Positions 29,166 through 37,847 of a DNA stretch of 57,949 nucleotides are shown here, in pieces; within the stretch, counting starts at the first letter, position 1, and each line of letters opens with the position of its first letter. Source of the stretch: a bacterium (GTDB lineage: Bacteria > Bacteroidota > Rhodothermia > Rhodothermales > UBA10348); contig JABMOI010000189.1 of assembly GCA_013204185.1 (NCBI GenBank), forward strand, positions 1 through 57,949. The letters run 5' to 3'. The notes beneath the pieces are model-generated. The model did not search any database, was not told the origin of the DNA, and saw only the letters and a list, made by a program, of their open reading frames with translations. A program made the translations under genes and the position numbers.

Positions 29166-30845
29166 TTACTTAACTTGGTTGGTCTTAGACGGTTCGCCAG
29201 CTACCGAATGAGGTAGTCCAGTTTGGTACTCGGTAATCTCCCCATCAACGTTATAGATGTGAGGTACTCGCGGAATGTAAGCGTCCGATGAAATCAAATG
29301 ACTGTTTCTTTCCGTGACAGACCACCCAAGCATTTCAGCCAAGAGGTACGATGCATCTTCGATCGAGTACAAATCATCCTTATGTCTTTTAATGCGGTTT
29401 ACTCGCGTCGAGTCTGCATACGTGGTGTCGTACCAAACGAGAAACGGAACGTCTACTTGGACCTTAGAAAGCTGCGGAAATCCATGGGCTCCTCCGGCTA
29501 CTTCTTCTCCGTGATCGGAAAAATAAACGAGGGCCGCTGATCTTGAATCGCCTTCTGCGGCTTCAAATACGCTTCGAAACATTCGGTCTGTGTGATAAAT
29601 GGTGGCATCATAATCAGGCGAAACCGAATTCAGCGCAATCATGGCTTGCTTGTCACTCTCTTCAGACCGTTTTGAATACTTGTAGTGACTCCCAATCATG
29701 TGAAGCACCACGAACAATTTCCCTTCTGGACGCTGCTCAAGTAGTTCGGCGAATCGCCGTCCCAACTCAACATCCATTTTGTCCCCCCCGACCTCATGAG
29801 AGATAAAGGCGTGTTCGTTGGAGAGATGTGCGATGGCTCCCACGACCGTATCAAAGGCGCCTACAGGAGCTTGATTGGAGATCCAAGCAGTATAGTAGCC
29901 GGCGTTGTTAGCCATGTCTACGACGTTCCATAGCTCTTTGTAGGGCGCAACGTCTTCTACCGTAGCAAAGGTAAGAGCCCTTTTCAAAGATTCCCGAGTC
30001 AAAGGCGACGGGGAAACGGCGTTTGTAAACGCTACGAAATTTGGATCCTCTGCGGCTAACCGATCCAAAAACGGAGTCGTTTTGGTGCCGTATCCATACA
30101 AGGAATAATGATGTCTTGTTGAGCTCTCCCCGATCACAAGGACCACCAGGTCCGTCGCTAATAAGGTAGAATCTGCCACCAGGAAATCTGGTTGGGTGGT
30201 CGCAATTAGCTCCGCAAAACCAGCTTTTTCATGGTAATACGAGGCAGTTAAAAGCCCCTCTCCGATAACCGGCACCCCTTTGTAGACACGAGAAACGGTG
30301 GTAACCGGATTCGTAACCATATCAAAACGAACTCCTTTGCTCGAGAGTGCGACGCCCATCGGGATCGCTGCCAAACCCAGCCAAATGATAGCGGCCCATT
30401 TCACAGAAACCTGCCCCCGGTTGAGTCTGTACAGCAAAAAGGCAACGACAAGGGCAAACAATGGAACCACAATTAGCGACGTGGTCGGAATCAGATGGAA
30501 AAACTCAGAGGCCTCTCTCGAATCGGTTTCAAACAGGGAATAGAACCCTCCCATTGAAATGCGCGATCCAAATAGATCGTAATGGGTCCGATTAATCAGG
30601 AAGGTTGCTGTATAGACTGCAACCATGATGGCTTTTGTTATAGGACCTGCAAACGAGAGCAGTAACAGCACGGTCGCCGCTCCAAAAAGGACGCGAAAAC
30701 TGATGTGAACCCACTCGCCTAGCGACCATTCCACGCTATTTACACCGAAATAGCTAATTGCACTGATCAGCAGGGCGGTCACCACGGCCTCCAGCGTCAA
30801 GCGCTCCTGAACCCAAGAAAACCACTGCAAAATAAATTTCTGCAT
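29166..30845 (-). CDS. Phosphoethanolamine transferase-like (sulfatase family) membrane protein
   Basis: ATG at 30845; the longer ORF to 31001 would overlap the divergent LOG gene. N-terminal TM bundle plus sulfatase-type motifs VLVIGESSTRHHYSLYGY, HMIGSHYKY and YFSDHGE. Confidence 0.75.
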   Translation of the reverse strand: MQKFILQWFSWVQERLTLEAVVTALLISAISYFGVNSVEWSLGEWVHISFRVLFGAATVLLLLSFAGPITKAIMVAVYTATFLINRTHYDLFGSRISMGGFYSLFETDSREASEFFHLIPTTSLIVVPLFALVVAFLLYRLNRGQVSVKWAAIIWLGLAAIPMGVALSSKGVRFDMVTNPVTTVSRVYKGVPVIGEGLLTASYYHEKAGFAELIATTQPDFLVADSTLLATDLVVLVIGESSTRHHYSLYGYGTKTTPFLDRLAAEDPNFVAFTNAVSPSPLTRESLKRALTFATVEDVAPYKELWNVVDMANNAGYYTAWISNQAPVGAFDTVVGAIAHLSNEHAFISHEVGGDKMDVELGRRFAELLEQRPEGKLFVVLHMIGSHYKYSKRSEESDKQAMIALNSVSPDYDATIYHTDRMFRSVFEAAEGDSRSAALVYFSDHGEEVAGGAHGFPQLSKVQVDVPFLVWYDTTYADSTRVNRIKRHKDDLYSIEDASYLLAEMLGWSVTERNSHLISSDAYIPRVPHIYNVDGEITEYQTGLPHSVAGEPSKTNQVK

Positions 30846-30979
30846 TATACCCGAAACCAATCTTCCTATGAGAATGAGAATTGGGTGTGCCTTACGCTGC
30901 TGTTCAATCTTTGGTTCACCTGCTTGCCACCTAGTATATTCTACTTCTTCAAAAAATAACGACTTAAACCGCCACGAAC

Positions 30980-31687
30980 ATGCGTCACAATCCAATTCCA
31001 TTGTCCTCCACGAACGGCTACGATGCCTGGCAAGATGCCCGGATTAAGGACCTGTGGCGAGTATTCCGCATTATGGGTGAGTTTGTAGAAGGCTTTGAGA
31101 CCCTTTCAGAAGTTGGTCCCGCCGTTTCAATTTTTGGATCGGCTCGCACAAAACCAGACCACCCGGACTATGAATTGGGCTGCCAAGTGGCCAAAGCCTT
31201 GGTTGAAAAAGGCTTTGGGGTGATCAGCGGCGGCGGGCCTGGCATCATGGAAGCAGCAAACAAAGGAGCCAAGGAGTCGGGAGGCATTTCAGTCGGTCTC
31301 AATATTAATATCCCTCATGAACAGTCTTCCAATCCATACATCGATTCGGACCGACTCGTAAATTTTGAGTTCTTTTTTGTGAGGAAGGTCATGTTTGTCA
31401 AATATGCGCAGGGATTTGTAGTCCTTCCTGGTGGGTTTGGAACAATGGATGAGCTATTTGAAGCGCTGACTTTGATTCAAACAAACAAGTCGGCTCGATT
31501 TCCTGTCGTGCTTATGGGAATCGATTTTTGGTCTGGCCTTATTGATTGGCTCAAGAACACAATGGCTGTTCGAGGAAACATTCACCCAGACGACCTTAAT
31601 TTGTTCTACCTTACAGACGATGCGCAAGACGCGGCGGATCACATTGCCAAGTTTCATGAGGAGCAGGCCATGACACCAAATTTTTAA
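30980..31687 (+). CDS. LOG family (TIGR00730) protein
   Basis: Motifs GGGPGIMEAANKGA and PGGFGTMDELFEALTLIQT. Confidence 0.85.
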   Translation: MRHNPIPLSSTNGYDAWQDARIKDLWRVFRIMGEFVEGFETLSEVGPAVSIFGSARTKPDHPDYELGCQVAKALVEKGFGVISGGGPGIMEAANKGAKESGGISVGLNINIPHEQSSNPYIDSDRLVNFEFFFVRKVMFVKYAQGFVVLPGGFGTMDELFEALTLIQTNKSARFPVVLMGIDFWSGLIDWLKNTMAVRGNIHPDDLNLFYLTDDAQDAADHIAKFHEEQAMTPNF

Positions 31688-31890
31688 CCGCATTGCATTG
31701 GTATCAGGGGTATTATTCGCAAAAGGGCGACTTCTTTACCCCAATTCAATCATTATTTAGGGAAACTTCAATAATAATTGACGCGTTGGTGCAACTTCCC
31801 TCGTCCCTGACTCTCTTTATTGAGGGCCCTGTAACGGGAACGTACCACCTACCCGCAACAAGTTCACTCATTACTAACCCATTTTAAACG

Positions 31891-32754
31891 ATGAACGTTT
31901 TCAGCTTCAAGCAAACAAACATCTTCTTTACGATGTTATTTATGGCCTTTTTGGTAGGCGCAAGCAGTACGACTGTACTAGCTCAGGATTATAAAGAGAC
32001 GTTTAACGCAGCACGGGAAGCAGCTCAGGCCAAAGATCTCAAAACTGCACTTACAAAGTTTACCTCTGCAGCAGACGGCGCAAAAGCCGCTGGCGATAAA
32101 GACGTTGAAAAACAAGTCAGGAAAATTATCTCCCAGATTGAATACAATTTGGGACGCGGAAGTCTACAAAAAGATGATTTCGCCGGTGCAATCAAGCATT
32201 TTGACAATGGAATTGCTCAGTACCCTACGAATGCCCTGAACTACCTAGCAAGAGCAAGTGCCCTCAAGAAAATGGATCGTACGGACGATGCCATTGCTGC
32301 ATTTGCCCAGACCATTGATATTGCAAACGCCGCACAGGATTCCAAAACAGCACGTCAGGCTGAAGACGCTATCCGCGGACACTATATCTTTATGGCATCT
32401 TCTGCCGTAAGCCGCAATGGTGCTCGCGTTACCGCAGCTGACGGCGAGGAAGCGATGAAATACCTTCAAGCCATGCTGAAGTATGTCGATGCAGACGCAG
32501 ACGTACTTTATTACACTGCTGTTAGCCAAAACGCCAAAAGCGAATATGACAACGCAGTGATGAGTGCAGACCAAGCGCTTGAAATGCACCGTGGCAGTAA
32601 AACAGACAAGGCAAAGATCTACTTCGTCAAAGGCGAGGCCTTGATGAACTCTGGAGACATTGCTGCTGCTAAAGAAGCCTTCACAAATGCTGCTTACGGA
32701 ACATACGCCGCATCGGCCAAGCATTACATCGAAACCTTAGGTGGGACCAACTAG
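31891..32754 (+). CDS. Secreted TPR-repeat protein
   Basis: Signal peptide ...STTVLAQD. Ala-rich helical repeats with TPR-like spacing (GAIKHFDNGIAQYPTNALNYLARASAL...). Confidence 0.65.
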   Translation: MNVFSFKQTNIFFTMLFMAFLVGASSTTVLAQDYKETFNAAREAAQAKDLKTALTKFTSAADGAKAAGDKDVEKQVRKIISQIEYNLGRGSLQKDDFAGAIKHFDNGIAQYPTNALNYLARASALKKMDRTDDAIAAFAQTIDIANAAQDSKTARQAEDAIRGHYIFMASSAVSRNGARVTAADGEEAMKYLQAMLKYVDADADVLYYTAVSQNAKSEYDNAVMSADQALEMHRGSKTDKAKIYFVKGEALMNSGDIAAAKEAFTNAAYGTYAASAKHYIETLGGTN

Positions 32755-32781
32755 CCTAGTTGGCCTTCTATAGACTTGAGT

Positions 32782-32813
32782 AAAAAGGCGGCCCATTTTG
32801 GGCCGCCTTTTTT
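32782..32813 (+). terminator. Rho-independent terminator after the TPR gene
   Basis: ggcggccc (32787..32794), loop atttt, gggccgcc (32800..32807), T6 (32808..32813). The A5 upstream gives it a bidirectional shape. Confidence 0.8.
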
Positions 32814-32948
32814 ATGGCCTTGCCTCGTTCAAATAGGTGATGACGTTCTAGTGAAACTGGATTCGAGCCGCGCTTACTAGTGCCACTTGTTTTGGTTAAA
32901 TTCCTATCATTGAGCGCCCTGTTATATACATACCTGCAACAGAAAACC

Positions 32949-33692
32949 ATGCCTTCTATTCATCCTAACGTTGTCGTCGATCCAACCTGCGTCCTTGGTC
33001 ATCATGTGGTGATTGAGGACAACGTTGAGATTGGTCAGGACTGCATAATTGGCCATTTTGTAGTCCTGAGATCAGGCACGAAGCTGGGAAATCATGTCCA
33101 AATTGGTGACCATTCCGTGCTAGGGCAGCAGCCCAAGCGGGCTGCCAACTCAGCCGTTACGAACGACACTAAGAAAACGGGGCCGCATGTTAGCGACCGT
33201 GTTCGAATTGGCTCCCACTCCATTATTTACGCGGGGTGTACCCTTAACGAGGATGTATTCGTAGCTGACCTTGCAACCATTCGTGAAGACGTACAGGTGG
33301 GACAAAAGACCATTGTGGGGCGCGGTGTTGCGATTGAAAACCAGTGCTCCATTGGCTCCTTTTGCAAACTGGAAACGAACGCCTACATCACGGCTTATTC
33401 GACCATCGAGGATAGAGTGTTCGTGGCACCTGGTGTGCTCACCAGCAATGACAACTTCATTGGTCGCACAGAAGAACGTTTTAAACACTTTAAAGGGGCC
33501 ATTCTACGGGAAGGGTCTCGCGTTGGCGTGGGCGCCGTCATTCTTCCAGGAGTCGAACTTCCTGCCGAGGCCGTGCTGGCTGCCGCGGCAGTCTTAACCA
33601 AAAAAGGCGAGCCTGGCATGGTTTATAAAGGTCTTCCAGCAAAGCCGGCAGGCCCTGTACCTACTGAACAACTCCTGTCAAATAATAAGTAA
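32949..33692 (+). CDS. Left-handed beta-helix (hexapeptide) sugar N-acetyltransferase-like protein
   Basis: ATG at 32949. Repeated [LIV]-G-x4 hexapeptides throughout (VVIEDNVEIGQDCIIGHFVVL...). Paired with a DegT-type aminotransferase 15 nt downstream. Confidence 0.75.
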   Translation: MPSIHPNVVVDPTCVLGHHVVIEDNVEIGQDCIIGHFVVLRSGTKLGNHVQIGDHSVLGQQPKRAANSAVTNDTKKTGPHVSDRVRIGSHSIIYAGCTLNEDVFVADLATIREDVQVGQKTIVGRGVAIENQCSIGSFCKLETNAYITAYSTIEDRVFVAPGVLTSNDNFIGRTEERFKHFKGAILREGSRVGVGAVILPGVELPAEAVLAAAAVLTKKGEPGMVYKGLPAKPAGPVPTEQLLSNNK

Positions 33693-33707
33693 GAGACTCC
33701 AAACGCC

Positions 33708-34838
33708 ATGAACATTCAAATGGTGGATTTGCATTCGCAATACCTCGATATCAAACATGAAATTGATACCGCGCTCCAAGAAGTGTTAAACACCACGGCC
33801 TTTATTCGGGGACCCGAAGTGAGCGCTTTTGAAGCGGAGCTGTCTCACTATTTGGATGGATCGAGTGTATTGGGCGTGGCCAACGGAACGGACGCGCTTC
33901 AGATTGCGCTCATGGCGTTACATATTGGCCCCGGCGACGAAGTGATCTCGCCCTCCTTCACGTTCGTAGCAACAGCAGAAGCGGTGGGCTTGCTGGGAGC
34001 AACGCCTGTATTCGCGGATGTGCTACCCGACACTTTCAACATGGACCCGGCCCAGCTTGAAGCGCTTATCACGCCTAGAACCAAAGCAATTGTACCGGTT
34101 CATTTGTTCGGTCAATGCGCCAATATGACTGAAATTAAGGCCATCGCGGATAAACACGGACTGCCTATTGTTGAGGATACGGCGCAAGCAATTGGATCTA
34201 CGTGGCAAGGTCAGGCTGCAGGGACAATAGGAGATATTGGGACTTTGTCCTTTTTCCCCTCAAAAAATCTGGGGTGTTATGGAGACGGCGGGGCTATTGT
34301 AAGCCGCCGTCCAGAGCTCTTTGAGCAATGCAGACTCATTTCCAATCATGGTTCTCGAAAAAAATATCACAACGAAGTGGTTGGGGTAAATTCCAGATTG
34401 GATTCCATGCAAGCAGCCATTCTGCGTGTCAAGCTAAGCCATTTGGATTCATACACGGAGGCCCGAGTTCTGGCAGCCAATCGGTATGACGCGCTTTTCA
34501 GCGATTCGAGCGATCTTGTAACGCCCTTCAGAGACCCGCGCGGTAGCCACGTATTTCATCAATACACGCTGCGAGTAAAGGGGAACGACCCAGAAAAACG
34601 GGACGCACTTCAAGCATACTTGGCGACTAAGGGGATTCCTTCTTTTGTTTATTATCCCGTTCCGCTTCACCTCTTGCCTATTTACAAAGACAATCCAGAC
34701 TCGTGCATTTGCGGCCCGCTTTCCAACACGTTGTGCGCGGCCAATGAGGTGCTATCCCTTCCCATTCATACGCACCTAACCCAATCCGAACAAGAGTTTA
34801 TTGCGGGGCACTGCAACGCCTTCTTTAGTAGCCTTTAG
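33708..34838 (+). CDS. DegT/DnrJ/EryC1/StrS family sugar aminotransferase
   Basis: 376 aa. FIRGPEVSAFEAELSHYL, PVHLFGQ, and SFFPSKNLGCYGDGGA containing the PLP lysine. Confidence 0.9.
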   Translation: MNIQMVDLHSQYLDIKHEIDTALQEVLNTTAFIRGPEVSAFEAELSHYLDGSSVLGVANGTDALQIALMALHIGPGDEVISPSFTFVATAEAVGLLGATPVFADVLPDTFNMDPAQLEALITPRTKAIVPVHLFGQCANMTEIKAIADKHGLPIVEDTAQAIGSTWQGQAAGTIGDIGTLSFFPSKNLGCYGDGGAIVSRRPELFEQCRLISNHGSRKKYHNEVVGVNSRLDSMQAAILRVKLSHLDSYTEARVLAANRYDALFSDSSDLVTPFRDPRGSHVFHQYTLRVKGNDPEKRDALQAYLATKGIPSFVYYPVPLHLLPIYKDNPDSCICGPLSNTLCAANEVLSLPIHTHLTQSEQEFIAGHCNAFFSSL

Positions 34839-34843
34839 ACCAT

Positions 34844-37828
34844 CTATTCAGAAGCCGTGGTCCGAAGCATCTCTTCGACTGTGGTGACACCCATTTTAAC
34901 TAGTTCACGAGCTGAATCTTGTAGCGTCAGCATGCCATCCTTGACGGCTTGCTCGCGGATTTGATCTTCGTCAATAGCTTCGGCGCTTTCGGCAATCATG
35001 GCTCTGATTTCACGGGTGAAATAGAGTGTTTCGCAGACCGCGCGGCGACCTTTATATCCGTTGCCATTACATTTCGGGCATTTAGAGCCGCGATTTGCTT
35101 TGTACACCGTGGTTTCTTCGATCTCTTTCTCTGTAAAACCGAGCGAACGCATCAAGACCAAGTCAGGATCAGTATCTTCAACTTTACAGCTAGAGCACAC
35201 TTCTCGGATAAGGCGCTGAGCAACGACCAGGTTGATAGCATAAGCAATCAAGAATGGCTCAACACCCATTTTGTACAGGCGGCTAACAGCAGCAGGTGCA
35301 TCGTTTGTATGAAGTGTTGAGAACGTAAGGTGACCCGTGTTCGCCAGTTTAATGGCAAGCTCAGCAGTGTGCTTGTCACGCATCTCCCCAACCATAACAA
35401 TGTCGGGGTCATGACGCAAAATAGCCCTTAGAGCACCTTCTAGGTCCAACTTGTGACTGAGCTTAATCTGCCGAACACCTTTAATGATGTACTCAACAGG
35501 ATCCTCAACCGTCAACACGTTTACTTCCGGCGTAACAACCTGGTAGAGAGCTGCAACAAGCGTCGTACTCTTACCTGAACCCGTTGGACCTGTCAGAATG
35601 ATCATCCCGTGAGGCTGGCGAATCGCTTTGTTGAACCGCTCCATGGCTACATCCAACATCCCTAATTTGGTGATGTCAGTAAGCACTTTACGGTCATCGA
35701 GAATACGAATAACGATACTCTCAGCTCTCATTTCCTGATTTGCAGAAGCAATCGGAAGAATGGAGACCCTGAATCGAATCAGAGCACCATCAATTTGGCG
35801 CTGAATAAACCCGTCCTGCGCAGCGTCGCGTTCAAAACGGTCTACGTTCGTTGAATTATCCTTAACAACAGCTAAGAATGCTTCCGGATGAACCTTGTCT
35901 TCCGTGTGCCATTTTTTCAGGCGACCGTCCGTACGAAGATGGATCTCAACCTGCTTATTAGCATTCGGATAAATATGAATGTCTGACGTTCCTTGTCGTA
36001 CCGCTTCAACAAGTGATGCTTCAAACAGGTTAATGAGCTTCGAGCGGCTAATTTCAGCTTCGAGTGCATCTTCGTCAAGCGACTCCTCACCCGAGTCGTA
36101 GGACATGCCCAAGTCAAAGGCTTGGGTTTCCTCTGAAATCCGTTCCATGTACTCATTTTTCCGTGGAAAAATGGTATCCAAAAGTCGCAGTATTTGCGAT
36201 TCAGAAGCATATCTGAGCTCAAAACGGCCCAAATCTAGCTCATGGACTAATTTATTTACTTCAGGACGAGTAGGGTCAGGCGTAATAAAGATGATGCGCC
36301 CTGTTCCTGTCTCAAAGTCGATCGAATGCTCAAATGGCACCAACAACATCTCGATCATCTCGTCGCGATGTTCGTCTGCCAAGGTCTCCATGGTGAGCCG
36401 GACAAAGTCGTGATCAGGTCGAAACTCGTCTACTTCTTCCAATTTAAAGGCGTAAACACGAGCTGCAGCTTTATAAACTGATTCCCTTTCGACGCCTTTT
36501 AAATCAGCGATAATGCGCCATAATGCAATTTTTCCGCCTTCAGCATCAAATAGCTTTAGGCCCTGGGCAGCTTGCTCATCCGTTACAATTCCATCTGCCA
36601 AGAGGGTCCGAACAACTCGGTCTTTGTGTAGCCTCTCGCCAAGTTCGCTGAGCTTAGCAGGTGTCAGGGGTGCTGCTGGCACTGCTTCCAATGCATCCTG
36701 AAGCGGGTCTGCGTGCTCGCTCAATTCAAAATCGATATGGGCGTTTTCAGAAGGCTCAATGCTATCAACACTGTATCCGCGCTTAACCAGAGAGATGGTT
36801 ACGTCGTGCAATGGCCCACTAACAATCGTTTTGGGGCTATAACGGCACTCTAGCGGATTAGGGCAAGAAAGGATAGCAGATTGAACTCTTGAATCGAGCG
36901 GGTCAGAAGACAATACAATGACAGTGTATCGTCTGTCGGACATAGATAGATCAAGACTAATCGGGACGAGCCCTGCTGAAACCAATCGGGCTAGGTCTTC
37001 GCCGCCAATCACTTTCAGGATGTCGTCTAAAAAGGCTTCTGTTGGAGATTCGTCCAAATGTGGCTGAAAAGCATAGCCTTGATGCTGAGCAACGGACGCT
37101 TCAATTTGAATGGTATCCGTATCCGGATGCATACTTAGAACTCGCCATAAGTCTAGTCCCTCTTGGCGATTTCTAATTGCATCAAAAACCTGAGACATGG
37201 TAACCACGCCCATCTGAAGCAAAGACAGAACGATTTCATCCTTGACTACACCAGATACAGGAGAATTAACCTCAGCGATTGGTGAACTTGGACTGACCGG
37301 AGTGAACGACTCTTCATCAAGGTCAGTCAGGGCATCTTCATCCTCGATTGGAGCAAATTCACTTTCCGTCTCTGCTGCAAAGTCCAAATAGGAGTTCAGG
37401 CTTTCTTCTAAAGCGTGATCTCGGTTAAGCTCTTCGATTGCGCTTTCTGAGGCCGTAAGCGAATCAGCTTCCTTTTCGTTCGAATTAGGTTCGGTTGGCG
37501 CATCTAAATCGAAGACAACGCCTTCACTTAGTGCTTCATCAAGCAATTCATCGTCAGATCCGGGCAGATCCGAAGCCAACGCCTGGGAGGATCCTACTCC
37601 GTAAATTTCATCAAGCGTGAATGTGTTTTTATCAGTCCCGTTGGTCACACCGCCTTCCAAACTGCGAAGTGCTTCGGTCATCTCGTCAAGAGACATCGCA
37701 CTCAGTTCAGAGATCGCCTGCTTAACTAAGCGGGCTTCTTCTTTTGATTCACGACCGCGCACTGGCTCTCGATCCTCGGATCGAGTGCCAGATTTTAGTC
37801 GCGATATGTCGAATAGTCGTTTGGACAT
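34844..37828 (-). CDS. PilB/GspE-family type IV filament assembly ATPase with about 400-aa N-terminal extension
   Basis: 994 aa. Walker A GPTGSGKST, Asp box VLTVEDPVEY, Walker B DPDIVMVGEMRD, His box TGHLTFSTLHTNDA, tetracysteine CSSC...CPKC. The ATG lies 19 nt after the PilC-like stop. Confidence 0.9.
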   Translation of the reverse strand: MSKRLFDISRLKSGTRSEDREPVRGRESKEEARLVKQAISELSAMSLDEMTEALRSLEGGVTNGTDKNTFTLDEIYGVGSSQALASDLPGSDDELLDEALSEGVVFDLDAPTEPNSNEKEADSLTASESAIEELNRDHALEESLNSYLDFAAETESEFAPIEDEDALTDLDEESFTPVSPSSPIAEVNSPVSGVVKDEIVLSLLQMGVVTMSQVFDAIRNRQEGLDLWRVLSMHPDTDTIQIEASVAQHQGYAFQPHLDESPTEAFLDDILKVIGGEDLARLVSAGLVPISLDLSMSDRRYTVIVLSSDPLDSRVQSAILSCPNPLECRYSPKTIVSGPLHDVTISLVKRGYSVDSIEPSENAHIDFELSEHADPLQDALEAVPAAPLTPAKLSELGERLHKDRVVRTLLADGIVTDEQAAQGLKLFDAEGGKIALWRIIADLKGVERESVYKAAARVYAFKLEEVDEFRPDHDFVRLTMETLADEHRDEMIEMLLVPFEHSIDFETGTGRIIFITPDPTRPEVNKLVHELDLGRFELRYASESQILRLLDTIFPRKNEYMERISEETQAFDLGMSYDSGEESLDEDALEAEISRSKLINLFEASLVEAVRQGTSDIHIYPNANKQVEIHLRTDGRLKKWHTEDKVHPEAFLAVVKDNSTNVDRFERDAAQDGFIQRQIDGALIRFRVSILPIASANQEMRAESIVIRILDDRKVLTDITKLGMLDVAMERFNKAIRQPHGMIILTGPTGSGKSTTLVAALYQVVTPEVNVLTVEDPVEYIIKGVRQIKLSHKLDLEGALRAILRHDPDIVMVGEMRDKHTAELAIKLANTGHLTFSTLHTNDAPAAVSRLYKMGVEPFLIAYAINLVVAQRLIREVCSSCKVEDTDPDLVLMRSLGFTEKEIEETTVYKANRGSKCPKCNGNGYKGRRAVCETLYFTREIRAMIAESAEAIDEDQIREQAVKDGMLTLQDSARELVKMGVTTVEEMLRTTASE

Positions 37829-37847
37829 GGTGTGATAAGAATATCTC

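Noticed and set aside
30846-31001. N-terminal extension of the sulfatase-family ORF (MELDCDAC...).
   Set aside because: It would overlap the divergent LOG gene start (30980). The internal ATG at 30845 begins directly with the TM region.
31693-31887. 64-aa ORF in the intergenic region upstream of the TPR gene.
   Set aside because: It has no SD and no motif and reads like random sequence. It is more likely the promoter or 5' region of the TPR gene.
32768-32950. 60-aa minus-strand ORF.
   Set aside because: It runs through the terminator hairpin at 32787..32807 and overlaps the start region of the acetyltransferase gene.
33150-33619. Three overlapping alternative-frame ORFs inside the hexapeptide acetyltransferase gene.
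   Set aside because: These are shadow ORFs. The hexapeptide-repeat frame is the only one with a recognisable fold signature.
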